DNA of 64,000 nucleotides from Clostridia bacterium (GTDB lineage Bacteria > Bacillota > Clostridia > Christensenellales > CAG-138), in assembly GCA_017616435.1 (NCBI GenBank), contig JAFZYC010000050.1, forward strand, positions 10,514 through 74,513. Reading direction: 5' to 3'. This document shows, one piece after another, positions 1 to 9,671 of this stretch. The notes beneath the pieces were generated by a model. That model was not told the DNA's origin, did not search any database, and saw nothing but the letters and a program-made list of their open reading frames with translations. The position numbers and the translations under genes are program-made. Numbering within the stretch: position 1 is the first letter of the stretch; each line of letters starts with the position of its first letter.

Positions 1-87
1 TTTTCCGCCTTTTGGAGAAGGAGATGAAGCAGTTTTGTAAGATTCTCCCCTCATGAAAGTCTATTATACAGACGGAGGTGGGAACGC

Positions 88-576
88 ATGGATTTTGAAG
101 CGGTCTACCGCGAATACTTTGGAGACGTTTTCCGATATCTGCTTCGTTTGACCGGCAGTGAAGAGCTGGCTGACGAGCTGACTGCGGAGACCTTTTTCAA
201 GGCGCTGAGATCCATCGATCGTTTTCGGGGCGAGTGCGAGCTTCGCGTCTGGCTCCTGAAGATCGCGAAGAACGCTTTCTATTCTCACGAGAAGAAGAAC
301 CGCCGCACCTCAAGCGTCGGAGAGGAGCCGTTATACTCCCTGCCGGATACGGGAAGCGACCCGGCCGGGCTTGCCGAAAGGAGGGCTGAGCTCAATGATC
401 TGAGGCAGATCCTCCACACGCTCAAGGAACCCTATAAGGAGGTCTTCATGTGGCGTGCGTTCGGCGAGCTGTCTTTTCGTGAGATCGGTCAGATTTTCGG
501 CAAGACCGAAAACTGGGCATGCGTCACCTTTCACCGTGCACGAAAAATGCTGATCGAACGATCGAAGGGAGAATAA
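88..576 (+). CDS. RNA polymerase sigma factor, ECF (sigma-70 group 4) family
   Basis: 162-aa ORF. Region 2 (ELADELTAETFFKALRSIDRFRGE...VWLLKIAKN) and region 4 (LSFREIGQIFGKTENWACVTFHRARKML) are recognisable. GGAGGTGG RBS lies upstream of the ATG at 88. An anti-sigma gene follows directly. Confidence 0.9.
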   Translation: MDFEAVYREYFGDVFRYLLRLTGSEELADELTAETFFKALRSIDRFRGECELRVWLLKIAKNAFYSHEKKNRRTSSVGEEPLYSLPDTGSDPAGLAERRAELNDLRQILHTLKEPYKEVFMWRAFGELSFREIGQIFGKTENWACVTFHRARKMLIERSKGE

Positions 577-578
577 CT

Positions 579-1193
579 ATGAAGAACGAATGCAGCGTAA
601 TAAAGGATCTTTTGCCGCTGTATGCGGAGGATATGACTTCGCCAGAAACCGCGGAGGCAATAAAAGAACATATCTCCGGCTGCAGCGAATGCCGTGCGGC
701 GCTTGCGGAGCTTGCTCCCAAGCAGGAGGCTCCGGACGACAGCTCCGCCGCCCTGCCGCTGAAGGCTGTAAAAAAGAAGCTCGCGATGAAGCGGATCCTG
801 ATCGCCGCATGCGCGGTGCTTGCTACGATCGGTTTGATATTTGCGGTCAAGGGGATCGTTGATTCCCGACCCGTTAAGGTCAACTACGGAGATTCGAAGC
901 TCTATTCCGCCGAGGATCTGAAAAAAGCATCGGCTGCGGTCATAACGGATTTCAACGACTGGGGCGGCCGCCGAAAGCTCTACTCTCTGACCTATGCAGG
1001 GGACGAGGTGTGCGAACGCGAGCTTGCTTATATAAAAGATCTTGGTGATTATGACGAATGCGTCGTGTTCGGATCCGTCTTCCGCGCCCCCATATTCGGC
1101 GCTGGCTTCCCGAAATCGTCTGTTTACACATGGAGCTGGTATCTCGGCCGCAAGGATGGCGGAGAGTGGGAGATCGTAACGCGCGGATATTGA
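579..1193 (+). CDS. anti-sigma factor, zf-HC2 type, single-pass membrane protein
   Basis: ATG at 579 sits 2 nt after the sigma stop. H-x3-C-x2-C motif (EHISGCSEC) is present, with one TM (ILIAACAVLATIGLIFAV) and an extracytoplasmic C-domain. The track ORF 519-1193 is over-extended. Confidence 0.8.
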   Translation: MKNECSVIKDLLPLYAEDMTSPETAEAIKEHISGCSECRAALAELAPKQEAPDDSSAALPLKAVKKKLAMKRILIAACAVLATIGLIFAVKGIVDSRPVKVNYGDSKLYSAEDLKKASAAVITDFNDWGGRRKLYSLTYAGDEVCERELAYIKDLGDYDECVVFGSVFRAPIFGAGFPKSSVYTWSWYLGRKDGGEWEIVTRGY

Positions 1194-1283
1194 CGCCGCG
1201 GGGATCGCCGGTGCTTCACGCGCAAGAACTTCTTGCTTTTTGCCGCTTTCCCTGTTATACTTCATCGAAAGCGGAGGATGCGA

Positions 1284-2585
1284 ATGGCAAAGAAAAAAGG
1301 CAGCGCGGATAATACGGCTCCGGTTCGTCCCGAAATGGAGCGCAACGAACAGTTCTTTGAGGATCTGCTCGAGTTTTCCGTATCGCTCGCGAACAAGCTC
1401 CAGGCCTGCGGCGCGGAGACATACCGCGTGGAGGAGACCATAAGCCGCATAATAGACGCATACGGCGTGAAAAAGGCGGATACCTTCGTCATCCCCGGCT
1501 GCATAATGGCAAGCCTCGAGACCGACGACGGCCGCATACTCACCAAGATCCGCCGCGAGAAGAGCGGGGATACCATGCTCGACGGCATAGAGCGCTACTC
1601 CGGCCTCTGCCGAAGGATCTGCGCGGAAAAGCCCCCCTTTCCCGAGGCGCGCAAGCTCCTGCGCGAGACCGAGAGCAGCGTATGCAGCTACGGCAGGCTC
1701 GTCTATTACCTCGCCGCTTTCCTTATCGGCTTCGGGTTCGGCATATTCTTCGGCGGGACTGTGCTCGACGCGCTCTCCGCGGGGCTGTGCGGGCTCGTCA
1801 CCGGCGCGGCGCTCAAGTTCACGGGCAGGCTCAACGCGAACGCGTTCTTCAAATCCTTTGTCTGCAGCTTCCTGCTCGCGTTCTTCGCGAACGTATTCGC
1901 CGCGATCGGCATCTGCAAGAACGCGGATATCGCGACGATCGGCGCGCTCATGATACTCGTCCCCGGCTTCCTGTTCACGAACAGCCTGCGCGACGTTATT
2001 TACGGCGACACTATGTCCGGTGTGAACCGCCTTGTGCAGGTGCTGATCATCGCCGTCGCGCTCGTCATAGGCACGAGCGGCGCGGTCGGCCTCGCGCGGT
2101 ACATATTCCCCGGCATTGGCACGGGCCTCTCCCCCGTCCAGCATTCCCTTCCGATAGAGTGTCTCGCCGGGCTCGTGGGCACGCTCGGCTTCGGGCTGTT
2201 GTTCAACATGCACGGCCGCGGGATACCCCTTGCGCTCATCGGCAGCGTCATATCCTGGTGCACGTGCAGCCTGCTTATGAAGGCAGGCCTCCCCGATCCC
2301 GCGAGCTATCTTATCGCCGCGGCCTGCTCCTCGTTCTACGCGGAGATAATGGCGAGGGTCAGAAAGTTCCCCGCGACGAGCTACCTGCTCTGCGCGCTGG
2401 TTCCGCTGATACCCGGCGCGGGCATTTACTACACAATGGACTTCATACGGCGCGGCATGGGCGCGGAGGCCTACACGAAGGGCCTTGCCACCGCCGCGAT
2501 AGCCGGCGCGGTCGCGATAGGCGTGCTGCTCATTTCCACGGGCTTCCGCATGTGGGGCGTATGGAAAAAGAGCCGGATCAAATAA
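1284..2585 (+). CDS. threonine/serine exporter family protein (fused ThrE-type N and C modules)
   Basis: Soluble N-region (ACGAETYRVEETISRIIDAYG) followed by about 10 TM segments. GGAGG lies 6 nt before the ATG at 1284; the track start 1233 is a TTG further upstream. Confidence 0.75.
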   Translation: MAKKKGSADNTAPVRPEMERNEQFFEDLLEFSVSLANKLQACGAETYRVEETISRIIDAYGVKKADTFVIPGCIMASLETDDGRILTKIRREKSGDTMLDGIERYSGLCRRICAEKPPFPEARKLLRETESSVCSYGRLVYYLAAFLIGFGFGIFFGGTVLDALSAGLCGLVTGAALKFTGRLNANAFFKSFVCSFLLAFFANVFAAIGICKNADIATIGALMILVPGFLFTNSLRDVIYGDTMSGVNRLVQVLIIAVALVIGTSGAVGLARYIFPGIGTGLSPVQHSLPIECLAGLVGTLGFGLLFNMHGRGIPLALIGSVISWCTCSLLMKAGLPDPASYLIAAACSSFYAEIMARVRKFPATSYLLCALVPLIPGAGIYYTMDFIRRGMGAEAYTKGLATAAIAGAVAIGVLLISTGFRMWGVWKKSRIK

Positions 2586-2597
2586 AAAAGAAACGCA

Positions 2598-2623
2598 AAA
2601 GCGCTCCCGATCGGGAGCGCTTT
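2598..2623. terminator. bidirectional intrinsic terminator
   Basis: Perfect palindrome gcgctcccga/tcgggagcgc flanked by an A-run and a T-run, between convergent genes. Confidence 0.7.
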
Positions 2624-2641
2624 GATTATGCTTCGTTTTTG

Positions 2642-2986
2642 TTATTCCTTATCACAGAGCGCCTCGAGCTCCTTCAGCCAGCCGACTATCGTGCCGTTCT
2701 GGAGGAAGCCAATGAGTATGCCGGGGCAGCTCTCCTCCGCCCTTACGGCCGAGGCGATCCTGTGTATCAGCTCCGCCTTTTTGGCATCCGCGCCGTAAGG
2801 CTCCGCGGGCAGCGCCTCCTCCGCGGCTTCCGCAGCCTCCGCGAATCTGAACACCGCATCTATGTACTCGGGCGCGGCCGCGGGCTTTCCGCCCTCCCGT
2901 ATGGCGCGGGCGTCCGCCACCCATTCGCCGAGCCCTTCCATATCGAGTACGGGGATGAATCTCAAAAGCTTTTCGATCCTGTCCAT
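2642..2986 (-). CDS. hypothetical small acidic cytoplasmic protein
   Basis: In-frame ATG at 2986 (MDRIEKLL...). The upstream part of track ORF 2642-3247 runs through an AT-rich promoter region. No family recognised. Confidence 0.45.
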   Translation of the reverse strand: MDRIEKLLRFIPVLDMEGLGEWVADARAIREGGKPAAAPEYIDAVFRFAEAAEAAEEALPAEPYGADAKKAELIHRIASAVRAEESCPGILIGFLQNGTIVGWLKELEALCDKE

Positions 2987-3147
2987 ATCTTTCGTTCTGC
3001 CCGGGGGCGTTCCTTTCTCGGCCGGTGCGCCGTTTATTTGCCAAAAGTCTATACTATATATTATTATACCACGTATTTGGGTTTTGTCCAGTGTTTTCGG
3101 GAAAAATAACAATCGAAATGTAATTTCTTTCTTTTTCTGTCGCATTG

Positions 3148-3156
3148 TGCTATAAT
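3148..3156 (+). promoter_or_regulatory. extended -10 promoter element upstream of the transporter gene at 3246
   Basis: TGcTATAAT preceded by a T-rich tract. Confidence 0.45.
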
Positions 3157-3245
3157 CTTCAGGTGAGCCGCAGCGCCCGACCCCAGGGGGCAGGAAGTCG
3201 CGGCCCCGGAAAGGTCGCCTTTTAGGCAGAAGGCACAGGGATCCC

Positions 3246-4091
3246 ATGGTCTATCTTATACTTGCCGTGCTTGCAAGCTCGCTCGTCGCTATACTGATGC
3301 GGCTGGGCGAGAAGCATATAACGAACAACTTTGCCATGTTCATGGCGAATTATTTCGTGTGCTCCCTCATCGCGTTCCTCTTTATGGAGGACAAGCATCC
3401 CTTCGTGATGCAGGAGGGCATGTCCTTTGCGATAGGGCTCGGGCTTTTCAGCGGGTGCCTTTACCTTCTGAGCTTTATGCTGATGAAGTACAACATCAGC
3501 CGGAACGGGGTCATGCTCTCGTCCGTGTTCATGAAGCTCGGCGTGCTCGTGCCGACGCTTATGGCGGTGATCGTATTCCGCGAATCCCCCTCCGCGCTGC
3601 AGATAGTCGGCTTTGCGATCGCCGTAGCCGCGATCGTCATCATCAACCTCGATCCCCAAAAGGCGGACGGGGGCTCCAAAAAGGCGGCGATACTCCTTAT
3701 CGTGCTCCTCCTCGTCAGCGGACTTACCGAATCCATGGCGAATATCTACGATAAGGTCGGCGTCCGCGCGATAAAGGACCATTTCCTGCTGTGCAATTTC
3801 CTTACGGCACTTGCCCTGAGCACGGCCGTCACCGCGATAAAGCATCAGCGCATCACGTGGAAGGATATCGCCTTCGGCGTTATGATAGGCGTGCCCAATT
3901 ACTTTGCGACGCGCTTCCTGCTGCTCTCGCTCGGGAGCGTTCCAGCAGTCATCACCTACCCCGTTTACAACGTCGGCGCGATAATACTCATCGGCGTCGC
4001 GGGGATATTCCTTTTCAAGGAAAAGCTGAGCGGCCGCAAGCTGATCGGCTTTGCCCTGATAATCGCCGCGCTGATACTCCTGAACCTGTAA
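3246..4091 (+). CDS. polytopic membrane transporter, DMT/EamA-like (about 10 TM)
   Basis: 281 aa, hydrophobic throughout with two similar halves. Preceded by an extended -10 promoter and followed by the hairpin terminator at 4105-4135. Confidence 0.6.
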   Translation: MVYLILAVLASSLVAILMRLGEKHITNNFAMFMANYFVCSLIAFLFMEDKHPFVMQEGMSFAIGLGLFSGCLYLLSFMLMKYNISRNGVMLSSVFMKLGVLVPTLMAVIVFRESPSALQIVGFAIAVAAIVIINLDPQKADGGSKKAAILLIVLLLVSGLTESMANIYDKVGVRAIKDHFLLCNFLTALALSTAVTAIKHQRITWKDIAFGVMIGVPNYFATRFLLLSLGSVPAVITYPVYNVGAIILIGVAGIFLFKEKLSGRKLIGFALIIAALILLNL

Positions 4092-4104
4092 AGAGTACAA
4101 TAAT

Positions 4105-4135
4105 AGAGCTCCCGAAGATACCGGGAGCTCTTTTA
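4105..4135. terminator. bidirectional intrinsic terminator
   Basis: A 10-bp stem agagctcccg/cgggagctct followed by TTTT, between convergent genes. Confidence 0.75.
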
Positions 4136-4146
4136 TTATGCTGTAC

Positions 4147-5142
4147 TTATTCCTCCGCGCCTCCCGCGGCCTCAGCCGCCCGGAGCCTTTGGGCGAATAT
4201 GCGCAGATCGTTCATCTCTTTAAGCGCGGTGTTGTAATACGGGCGTATCATGCTGTTGCCGAAAAGCAGCACGTATCCCTGATAGGGGTTCACCGTGAAG
4301 TAACGGTCGCTCCTCGTGTCCTCGCTCTTCAAAAGGAAGAATATGTACGCGCTGCCGACCGCGGGATATGTCTCCGGCGGGGCTGCGACGGTCTTTACGG
4401 AAAGATCCGTCGCGTTGATGACGGGGCGCACATAGTAGGGCGAAAGCACCACGTTGAGCTTCTGCCCGTATTTCAGCCCGCCGCCCAAGCCGTTTTCGAC
4501 GCGTATCTTCAGGAACACCTGCTCGAGGGTCGCGAGCGTGCTCTCGCCCTTGAGCGTGGAGCGGCATACCGTTTCCGTGGGCTCGCTTACGGAAAGCACC
4601 CTTGCTATTATTATCTCGTCGCAGGCTTCCGCAAGGCCCGAAAGATCGTTGTAGAAGAAGCTCTGCGCGGGAACTGTCAGTATCTTGCTCTGACGGACGA
4701 TGTCGCGCTCTACGCTGTCTATGCTGCAGCTTTCGCCCTCGAAGCTTATCCTGCCGTTCTCGACATGTATGGGTTCTTCGGTCAGCAGGCGGAACAGGGG
4801 CGCGCCCTCCGAACCGTCGCCGCGCTTAAGGTAGAGCAGGTATTGTTCGCCGGGCTCCGCGTTCACGGGCAGGCTGATCATTGCCCCGACGTTTTCCGCG
4901 CCGTCGAGCACTCGGCTGACGCTGAATCGCGCGAACGAAGCGCCGTCGTCCGACTGGCTCACGCGCATGCAGGCGCCGATCAGTATCATCTCCGCCTCGC
5001 GGTAGAGGTGGCTTATCGCCGCGGGTGGGATCTCCTCCGTCTTCGAGGCGGCGATCCTGTCGGGAAGGGGCAGGCTGACGGCGGCCGCGCATAGCAGCAG
5101 CGCGGCAAGCAAAGCGGCGAGTATCTTCTTGAAAGCGCCCAT
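4147..5142 (-). CDS. secreted hypothetical protein
   Basis: ATG at 5142 gives MGAFKKILAALLAALLLCAAAVSL, a signal peptide. Composition is protein-like, unlike the R/H-rich antisense ORF 4138-5094. No family recognised. Confidence 0.6.
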   Translation of the reverse strand: MGAFKKILAALLAALLLCAAAVSLPLPDRIAASKTEEIPPAAISHLYREAEMILIGACMRVSQSDDGASFARFSVSRVLDGAENVGAMISLPVNAEPGEQYLLYLKRGDGSEGAPLFRLLTEEPIHVENGRISFEGESCSIDSVERDIVRQSKILTVPAQSFFYNDLSGLAEACDEIIIARVLSVSEPTETVCRSTLKGESTLATLEQVFLKIRVENGLGGGLKYGQKLNVVLSPYYVRPVINATDLSVKTVAAPPETYPAVGSAYIFFLLKSEDTRSDRYFTVNPYQGYVLLFGNSMIRPYYNTALKEMNDLRIFAQRLRAAEAAGGAEE

Positions 5143-5265
5143 GTTTTGCCATCTCCCTTCCCGGCGGCACATACCGCCCCATTTTCCGTAATTATACCAT
5201 GCGGCCGCAAAACATACAAGCGCGGAATATCCCGGTATTGCGGAGCGCTCCGCGCCTGTGATATA

Positions 5266-6507
5266 ATGAACGATAGCATCCGAAAGGAAATTAACGCTGT
5301 GAACAAGTATGAGTCGGAGGTCTGCTCCGTTTTTGAAGCGCGCTTCGGTCACGCGCCCGCGCGGACGTTTTTCGCCCCGGGCAGGGTGAACCTTATCGGC
5401 GAACATATCGACTATAACGGCGGCAGGGTCATGCCCTGTTCGCTCTCGCTCGGCACCTACGCCGCGGCCTCCCCGCGTGCGGACGGGCGTATCCGCCTCG
5501 TTTCCGCGGACATGAGGGGCGGCGTCATCGAGGCCGATATCGGCGCGGTTTCAGCGCTCGAATGCAGGCCGGAGTGCTTTTCCGGCTTCGGCTGGGCGGC
5601 ATACCCCCTTGGCGTCGCGGCAAAGCTCGCCTCCCGCTCTCATTCGATAGGCGGCTTTGAGATGGCCGTCTGCGGCAGCCTGCCCCGCGGCTCCGGGCTT
5701 TCGTCCTCCGCATCGCTGGAGGTTTTGACCTGCGCCGTGTTGAAGGAGCTGTTCGGCCTTACGCTCGACGGCGTTTCGGCCTCGCTCCTTTCGCTCGAAG
5801 CCGAGCGCGACTGCGCGGGCGTGAACTGCGGCATTATGGATCAGTTCGTCTGCGCGATGGGCCGCCGCGGCGCTGCCGTGCTTTTAGACACGCACACCCT
5901 CGAATACGGGTATTTCCCCTTCGATCCGGGCGAGAACGTGCTGCTGATAATGAACACGAAAAAGCCCCGCAGGCTCGCGGATTCCAAATACAACGAGCGC
6001 CGCGCCGAATGCGAGGAGGCGCTTCGCCTTATCGGCGGACTGTTCGAGCCCCAAAAGACCGCGCTTTGTGAGATCACACCCGAGGAGTTCGCCTCCGTGA
6101 GCGCCGTTTTGCCGGAGCCCCTGCTCCGCCGCGCGCGCCATGCCGTTACGGAGAACCGCCGCACGCTTGAGGCGGCGGAGGCGCTGGAGGCGGGCGATAT
6201 CGCGCGGCTCGGCAGGCTCATTAACGCCTCCCACGATTCCCTGCGCGACGATTACGAGGTAACGGGCCGCGCGCTCGATACCATAGTCGAAGCGGCGAGG
6301 TCGCACCCCGCCGTGCTCGGCGCGCGCATGACCGGCGCTGGGTTCGGCGGCTGCGCGATAGCCATAGCCGAAAGGAGCGCGGCGGAGGACGTGATCGCGC
6401 ATGTTTCCGCGCTCTACCGCTCAAGGATAGGCTACGACTGCGAGATCTACACTGCCGAAACGGGCGACGCCCCGTTCGGAAAGGATGATAACGATGAAAA
6501 CTGCTGA
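5266..6507 (+). CDS. galK: galactokinase
   Basis: Galactokinase signature GRVNLIGEHIDYNGG and GHMP-kinase motif PRGSGLSSSASLEV. The ATG at 5266 fits the family N-terminus. Confidence 0.92.
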   Translation: MNDSIRKEINAVNKYESEVCSVFEARFGHAPARTFFAPGRVNLIGEHIDYNGGRVMPCSLSLGTYAAASPRADGRIRLVSADMRGGVIEADIGAVSALECRPECFSGFGWAAYPLGVAAKLASRSHSIGGFEMAVCGSLPRGSGLSSSASLEVLTCAVLKELFGLTLDGVSASLLSLEAERDCAGVNCGIMDQFVCAMGRRGAAVLLDTHTLEYGYFPFDPGENVLLIMNTKKPRRLADSKYNERRAECEEALRLIGGLFEPQKTALCEITPEEFASVSAVLPEPLLRRARHAVTENRRTLEAAEALEAGDIARLGRLINASHDSLRDDYEVTGRALDTIVEAARSHPAVLGARMTGAGFGGCAIAIAERSAAEDVIAHVSALYRSRIGYDCEIYTAETGDAPFGKDDNDENC

Positions 6508-7540
6508 AAGAGCGGCGCTTATATTGCTTGCGCTCATAATGGTATTTTCAGCCGGCTGCAGGGGCGTTTATCACCGCCCCGAGCCCACCGCTGAGCCGAC
6601 TTCCGAGCTGACCGAGACTCCCGTCCCCACCGAAACGCCCGTGCCGACGGATACCCCCGTGCCGCTTCCGGACGGCATCCCGCAGGGCTTGAGCGACTAC
6701 GCGCTCGATCGAGTGCTGCGCGCAAAGGAGATCATGGACGAGCTCATAGACTATATCAGGAGCTCCCCGATCCCCTTCGATTCCTCCGCCCACCCCTTCG
6801 TCCCCGCCAACAAGTACGGCGAGCTCGGCGATGAGGAGAAGGACTATTACGACCAGATGCTCGAGGCCGCGAGCGAATACCGCGATCTTGAGCTCGAAGG
6901 GTCCGAATATGCGATATCTTCGGCGCTCACCGCGCTGCTGTACGATCATCCCGACATAGAGACCTATTTCAGGATGGAACAGGCTCCGGACGGCAAATGG
7001 AAATCGGTGATATTCCTGCCGTCGTCAAGGTACGGCGGCCCCGAGGAGGATATCGACAAGGTGCGCGAGCAGGTCGAGGCGTTCCGCGCCGTCGGCGAAT
7101 ACGTCGCCTTCCGCGTGCCGGACGACTTCTCCGTCATAGACAAATACCGGCTTTTGGGCTACTACATCTCCGTTGTCTCGCAATACGCCTACGTTCACGG
7201 CATCGTCCCGAACTACGCCACCTGCGCTTACGGCGCGGTGATAAACGGCTATTCGATCTGTCAGGGGTACGCACTGGGCTTTGAGTATCTCTGCCGCTGC
7301 GCGGATCTCGACTGCAGCCGCGTCCGCAACAGGCACAACGACGACAACATGCATTTCTGGGATATCGTTACGCTCGACTGCGGCACATACTATGTCGACG
7401 TGACCTGGTGCGACGGCAGCGTTTCAGACTACCGGGACTTCTATTGGACGCGCTGGTTCATGTTCCCCGCCGACAGTGAGCACATAGCAAACGACGGCTC
7501 AGTGACGACCGGCCGTGAGCTCGGCCTCTTCGCAAGATAA
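6494..7540 (+). CDS. lipoprotein with transglutaminase-like cysteine protease core
   Basis: Lipobox (LIMVFSAGC) and a Thr/Pro linker. C-terminal Cys...His...Asp arrangement (ICQGYALGF...MHFWDIV...YYVDVTW). An alternative ATG is at 6485. Confidence 0.65.
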   Translation: MKTAERAALILLALIMVFSAGCRGVYHRPEPTAEPTSELTETPVPTETPVPTDTPVPLPDGIPQGLSDYALDRVLRAKEIMDELIDYIRSSPIPFDSSAHPFVPANKYGELGDEEKDYYDQMLEAASEYRDLELEGSEYAISSALTALLYDHPDIETYFRMEQAPDGKWKSVIFLPSSRYGGPEEDIDKVREQVEAFRAVGEYVAFRVPDDFSVIDKYRLLGYYISVVSQYAYVHGIVPNYATCAYGAVINGYSICQGYALGFEYLCRCADLDCSRVRNRHNDDNMHFWDIVTLDCGTYYVDVTWCDGSVSDYRDFYWTRWFMFPADSEHIANDGSVTTGRELGLFAR

Positions 7541-7558
7541 GCTTTAAGCATAATAAAA

Positions 7559-7590
7559 ACGCTCCGCGGTTATTTGCTGCGGAGCGTATT
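7559..7590. terminator. bidirectional intrinsic terminator
   Basis: Stem acgctccgc/gcggagcgt flanked by an A-run and a T-rich tract, between convergent genes. Confidence 0.65.
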
Positions 7591-7598
7591 TGTTTCTC

Positions 7599-8228
7599 TT
7601 ATTCTTCCTTGGCCTTGAGCATCTCCTTGGTCTTCATGAGCCTTGTGAGATTGCCTCGCTCGTTTTCGTCGAGCTTCATCGTGATGGAATGTATCGCTTC
7701 CTCCAGCTGGGGGATCATTACGTATTCCAGCGCGTTGACGCGGCGGCGCGTCTTTTCGATCTCGTCCGCGAGGAGGTTGCAGGTCTTTTCGACCTCCGCG
7801 AGCTCTATGAGGAGCGGCATGAGCTCCGAGAACCTTTCCACCGCGGCGTCCAGCTCCGAGGACGTCCCGAGTACGCCGTAGGGCAGACTGCCCGCGCCGG
7901 TCGGGATGTATGTGAGCTTGGGCACCTCGACGGAGAGCACCGAACCGCTGCCAACCTCTATCCTCGCGGGGGAGGCGGGCACGGCAAGCGCCTCCTCGAC
8001 CGCCGCGCGGGTCATGGTGGCCTTTGCTATGACGAAGCTGCGCATGGCGTCGCTCATGAGCTCTTCCACGCGCTCGCGCAGTTCCCTGTTGCGGCGGACG
8101 TATGTGATGAAGCGGCGCACCGTTTCATCGCGCTTGTCCTTCATTAACTTGTGCCCTCTCGTTGCGGTGACGAGCCTCTTTTTGAGGCGGCTCATCTCCA
8201 TACGCGTGGGCTTGTAGGAAATAGCCAT
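7599..8228 (-). CDS. atpD: V/A-type ATP synthase subunit D
   Basis: N-terminus PTRMEMSRLKKRLVTATRGHKLMKDKRDE is typical of subunit D. It is the last gene of the operon. Confidence 0.92.
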   Translation of the reverse strand: MAISYKPTRMEMSRLKKRLVTATRGHKLMKDKRDETVRRFITYVRRNRELRERVEELMSDAMRSFVIAKATMTRAAVEEALAVPASPARIEVGSGSVLSVEVPKLTYIPTGAGSLPYGVLGTSSELDAAVERFSELMPLLIELAEVEKTCNLLADEIEKTRRRVNALEYVMIPQLEEAIHSITMKLDENERGNLTRLMKTKEMLKAKEE

Positions 8229-8231
8229 CGG

Positions 8232-9620
8232 TTACTCCGTGATTCCGTCCTTTTCGTAGTACTTATCGAGATACGCGTCCCGGATACGCCTGAGCTCCGA
8301 TCTCGGGAGTATCCTCAAAAGCTCCCAGCCTATATCGAGCGTTTCCTCTACGGAGCGGTTCGTGTAATACCCCTGCGAAACGTAGCGGGTTTCGAACTCG
8401 TCCGCGAACTTAGCGTAGAGCTTATCGACCTCGGAGAGCGCGGCGTCGCCCAAGATGACGGCGAGCTCCTTCGCCTCCTTGCCGCGGGAGTACGCCGCGA
8501 AGAGCTGGTTCATGGTATCGGCGTGATCCTCACGCGTTTTGCCCTTGCCTATGCCCTTATCCTTAAGACGGGAGAGCGAGGGCAGTACGTTGACGGGCGG
8601 TGTGACGCCCTTCCTGTACAGCTCGCGGGAGAGGATTATCTGTCCCTCCGTTATGTAGCCCGTAAGATCGGGGATGGGATGGGTGATGTCGTCCTCCGGC
8701 ATGGAGAGTATGGGTATCATTGTGATCGAGCCGGGGCAGCCCTTTATCCTGCCCGCGCGCTCGTACATGGTCGCAAGGTCGGTGTAGAGGTAGCCGGGAT
8801 AGCCGCGGCGGCCGGGGACCTCCTTTCGGGCGGCGGATATCTCGCGCAGGGCCTCGGCGTAGTTCGTGATGTCGGTGATTATGACGAGCACGTGCATCCC
8901 GAGATCGTAGGCCAGATATTCCGCGGCGGTTATCGCCATGCGCGGCGTCGCGATACGCTCTATCGCGGGGTCGTTCGCGAGGTTGACGAACGTGACCGTC
9001 CTTTCGATGGCGCCGGTCTTCTTGAAGTCGGAGATGAAGTAATCCGCCTCCTCGAACGTGATGCCGACGGCTGCGAATACGACGGCGAAGGATTCGTCCT
9101 TGCCGCGGACGCGCGCCTGCCTCGCTATCTGCGCGGCGAACTGCGCGTGGGGAAGGCCGCTGCCCGAGAACACGGGCAGCTTCTGCCCACGGACGAGGGT
9201 GTTGAGGCCGTCTATCGCGGATACGCCGGTCTGTATGAACTCATTGGGATAATCGCGGGCGGCGGGGTTCATCGGCGCGCCGTTGATATCGAGCATCTTT
9301 TCGGGGATGAGCGGAGCGCCGCCGTCCTTGGGGCGGCCCATTCCGTCGAATACCCTGCCCAGCATATCGGGCGCGACCGCGAGCTCTATGCTGTGGCCCA
9401 AAAACTTCGCCCTCGAGTCGGCGATCTTCAGACCCTGCGAGCCCTCGAAGAGCTGCACGAGCGCCTTGGAGCCGTTTACCTCCAGCACCTTGCCGCGGCG
9501 GGTATCGCTGCCGTCGTTCCTTTTTATCTCGACGAGTTCGTCGTATTTGACGCCGTCTACGCCGTCCACCATTACGAGCGGGCCGACGACCTCACGGATC
9601 GTTGTGTATTCCTTACGCAT
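8232..9620 (-). CDS. atpB: V/A-type ATP synthase subunit B
   Basis: 462 aa with strong family resemblance ([15 protein letters not shown]..., ...[12 protein letters not shown]...). Adjacent to A and D. Confidence 0.95.
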   Translation of the reverse strand: MRKEYTTIREVVGPLVMVDGVDGVKYDELVEIKRNDGSDTRRGKVLEVNGSKALVQLFEGSQGLKIADSRAKFLGHSIELAVAPDMLGRVFDGMGRPKDGGAPLIPEKMLDINGAPMNPAARDYPNEFIQTGVSAIDGLNTLVRGQKLPVFSGSGLPHAQFAAQIARQARVRGKDESFAVVFAAVGITFEEADYFISDFKKTGAIERTVTFVNLANDPAIERIATPRMAITAAEYLAYDLGMHVLVIITDITNYAEALREISAARKEVPGRRGYPGYLYTDLATMYERAGRIKGCPGSITMIPILSMPEDDITHPIPDLTGYITEGQIILSRELYRKGVTPPVNVLPSLSRLKDKGIGKGKTREDHADTMNQLFAAYSRGKEAKELAVILGDAALSEVDKLYAKFADEFETRYVSQGYYTNRSVEETLDIGWELLRILPRSELRRIRDAYLDKYYEKDGITE

Positions 9621-9671
9621 AATTGTTGTTCACCTTTCCTGCGATTTGCGGGCGCTTTTAAAGGGGGCTTA

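Noticed and set aside
531-2213. 560-aa minus-strand ORF overlapping the anti-sigma and ThrE-like genes
   Set aside because: Arg/Ala/Gly/His-rich low-complexity translation typical of antisense frames in high-GC DNA. The opposite strand encodes recognisable proteins with RBSs.
6590-6665. Tandem ETPVPT-type repeat in the transglutaminase-like lipoprotein
   Set aside because: It is an ordinary Thr/Pro-rich linker after a lipobox, with no independent significance.
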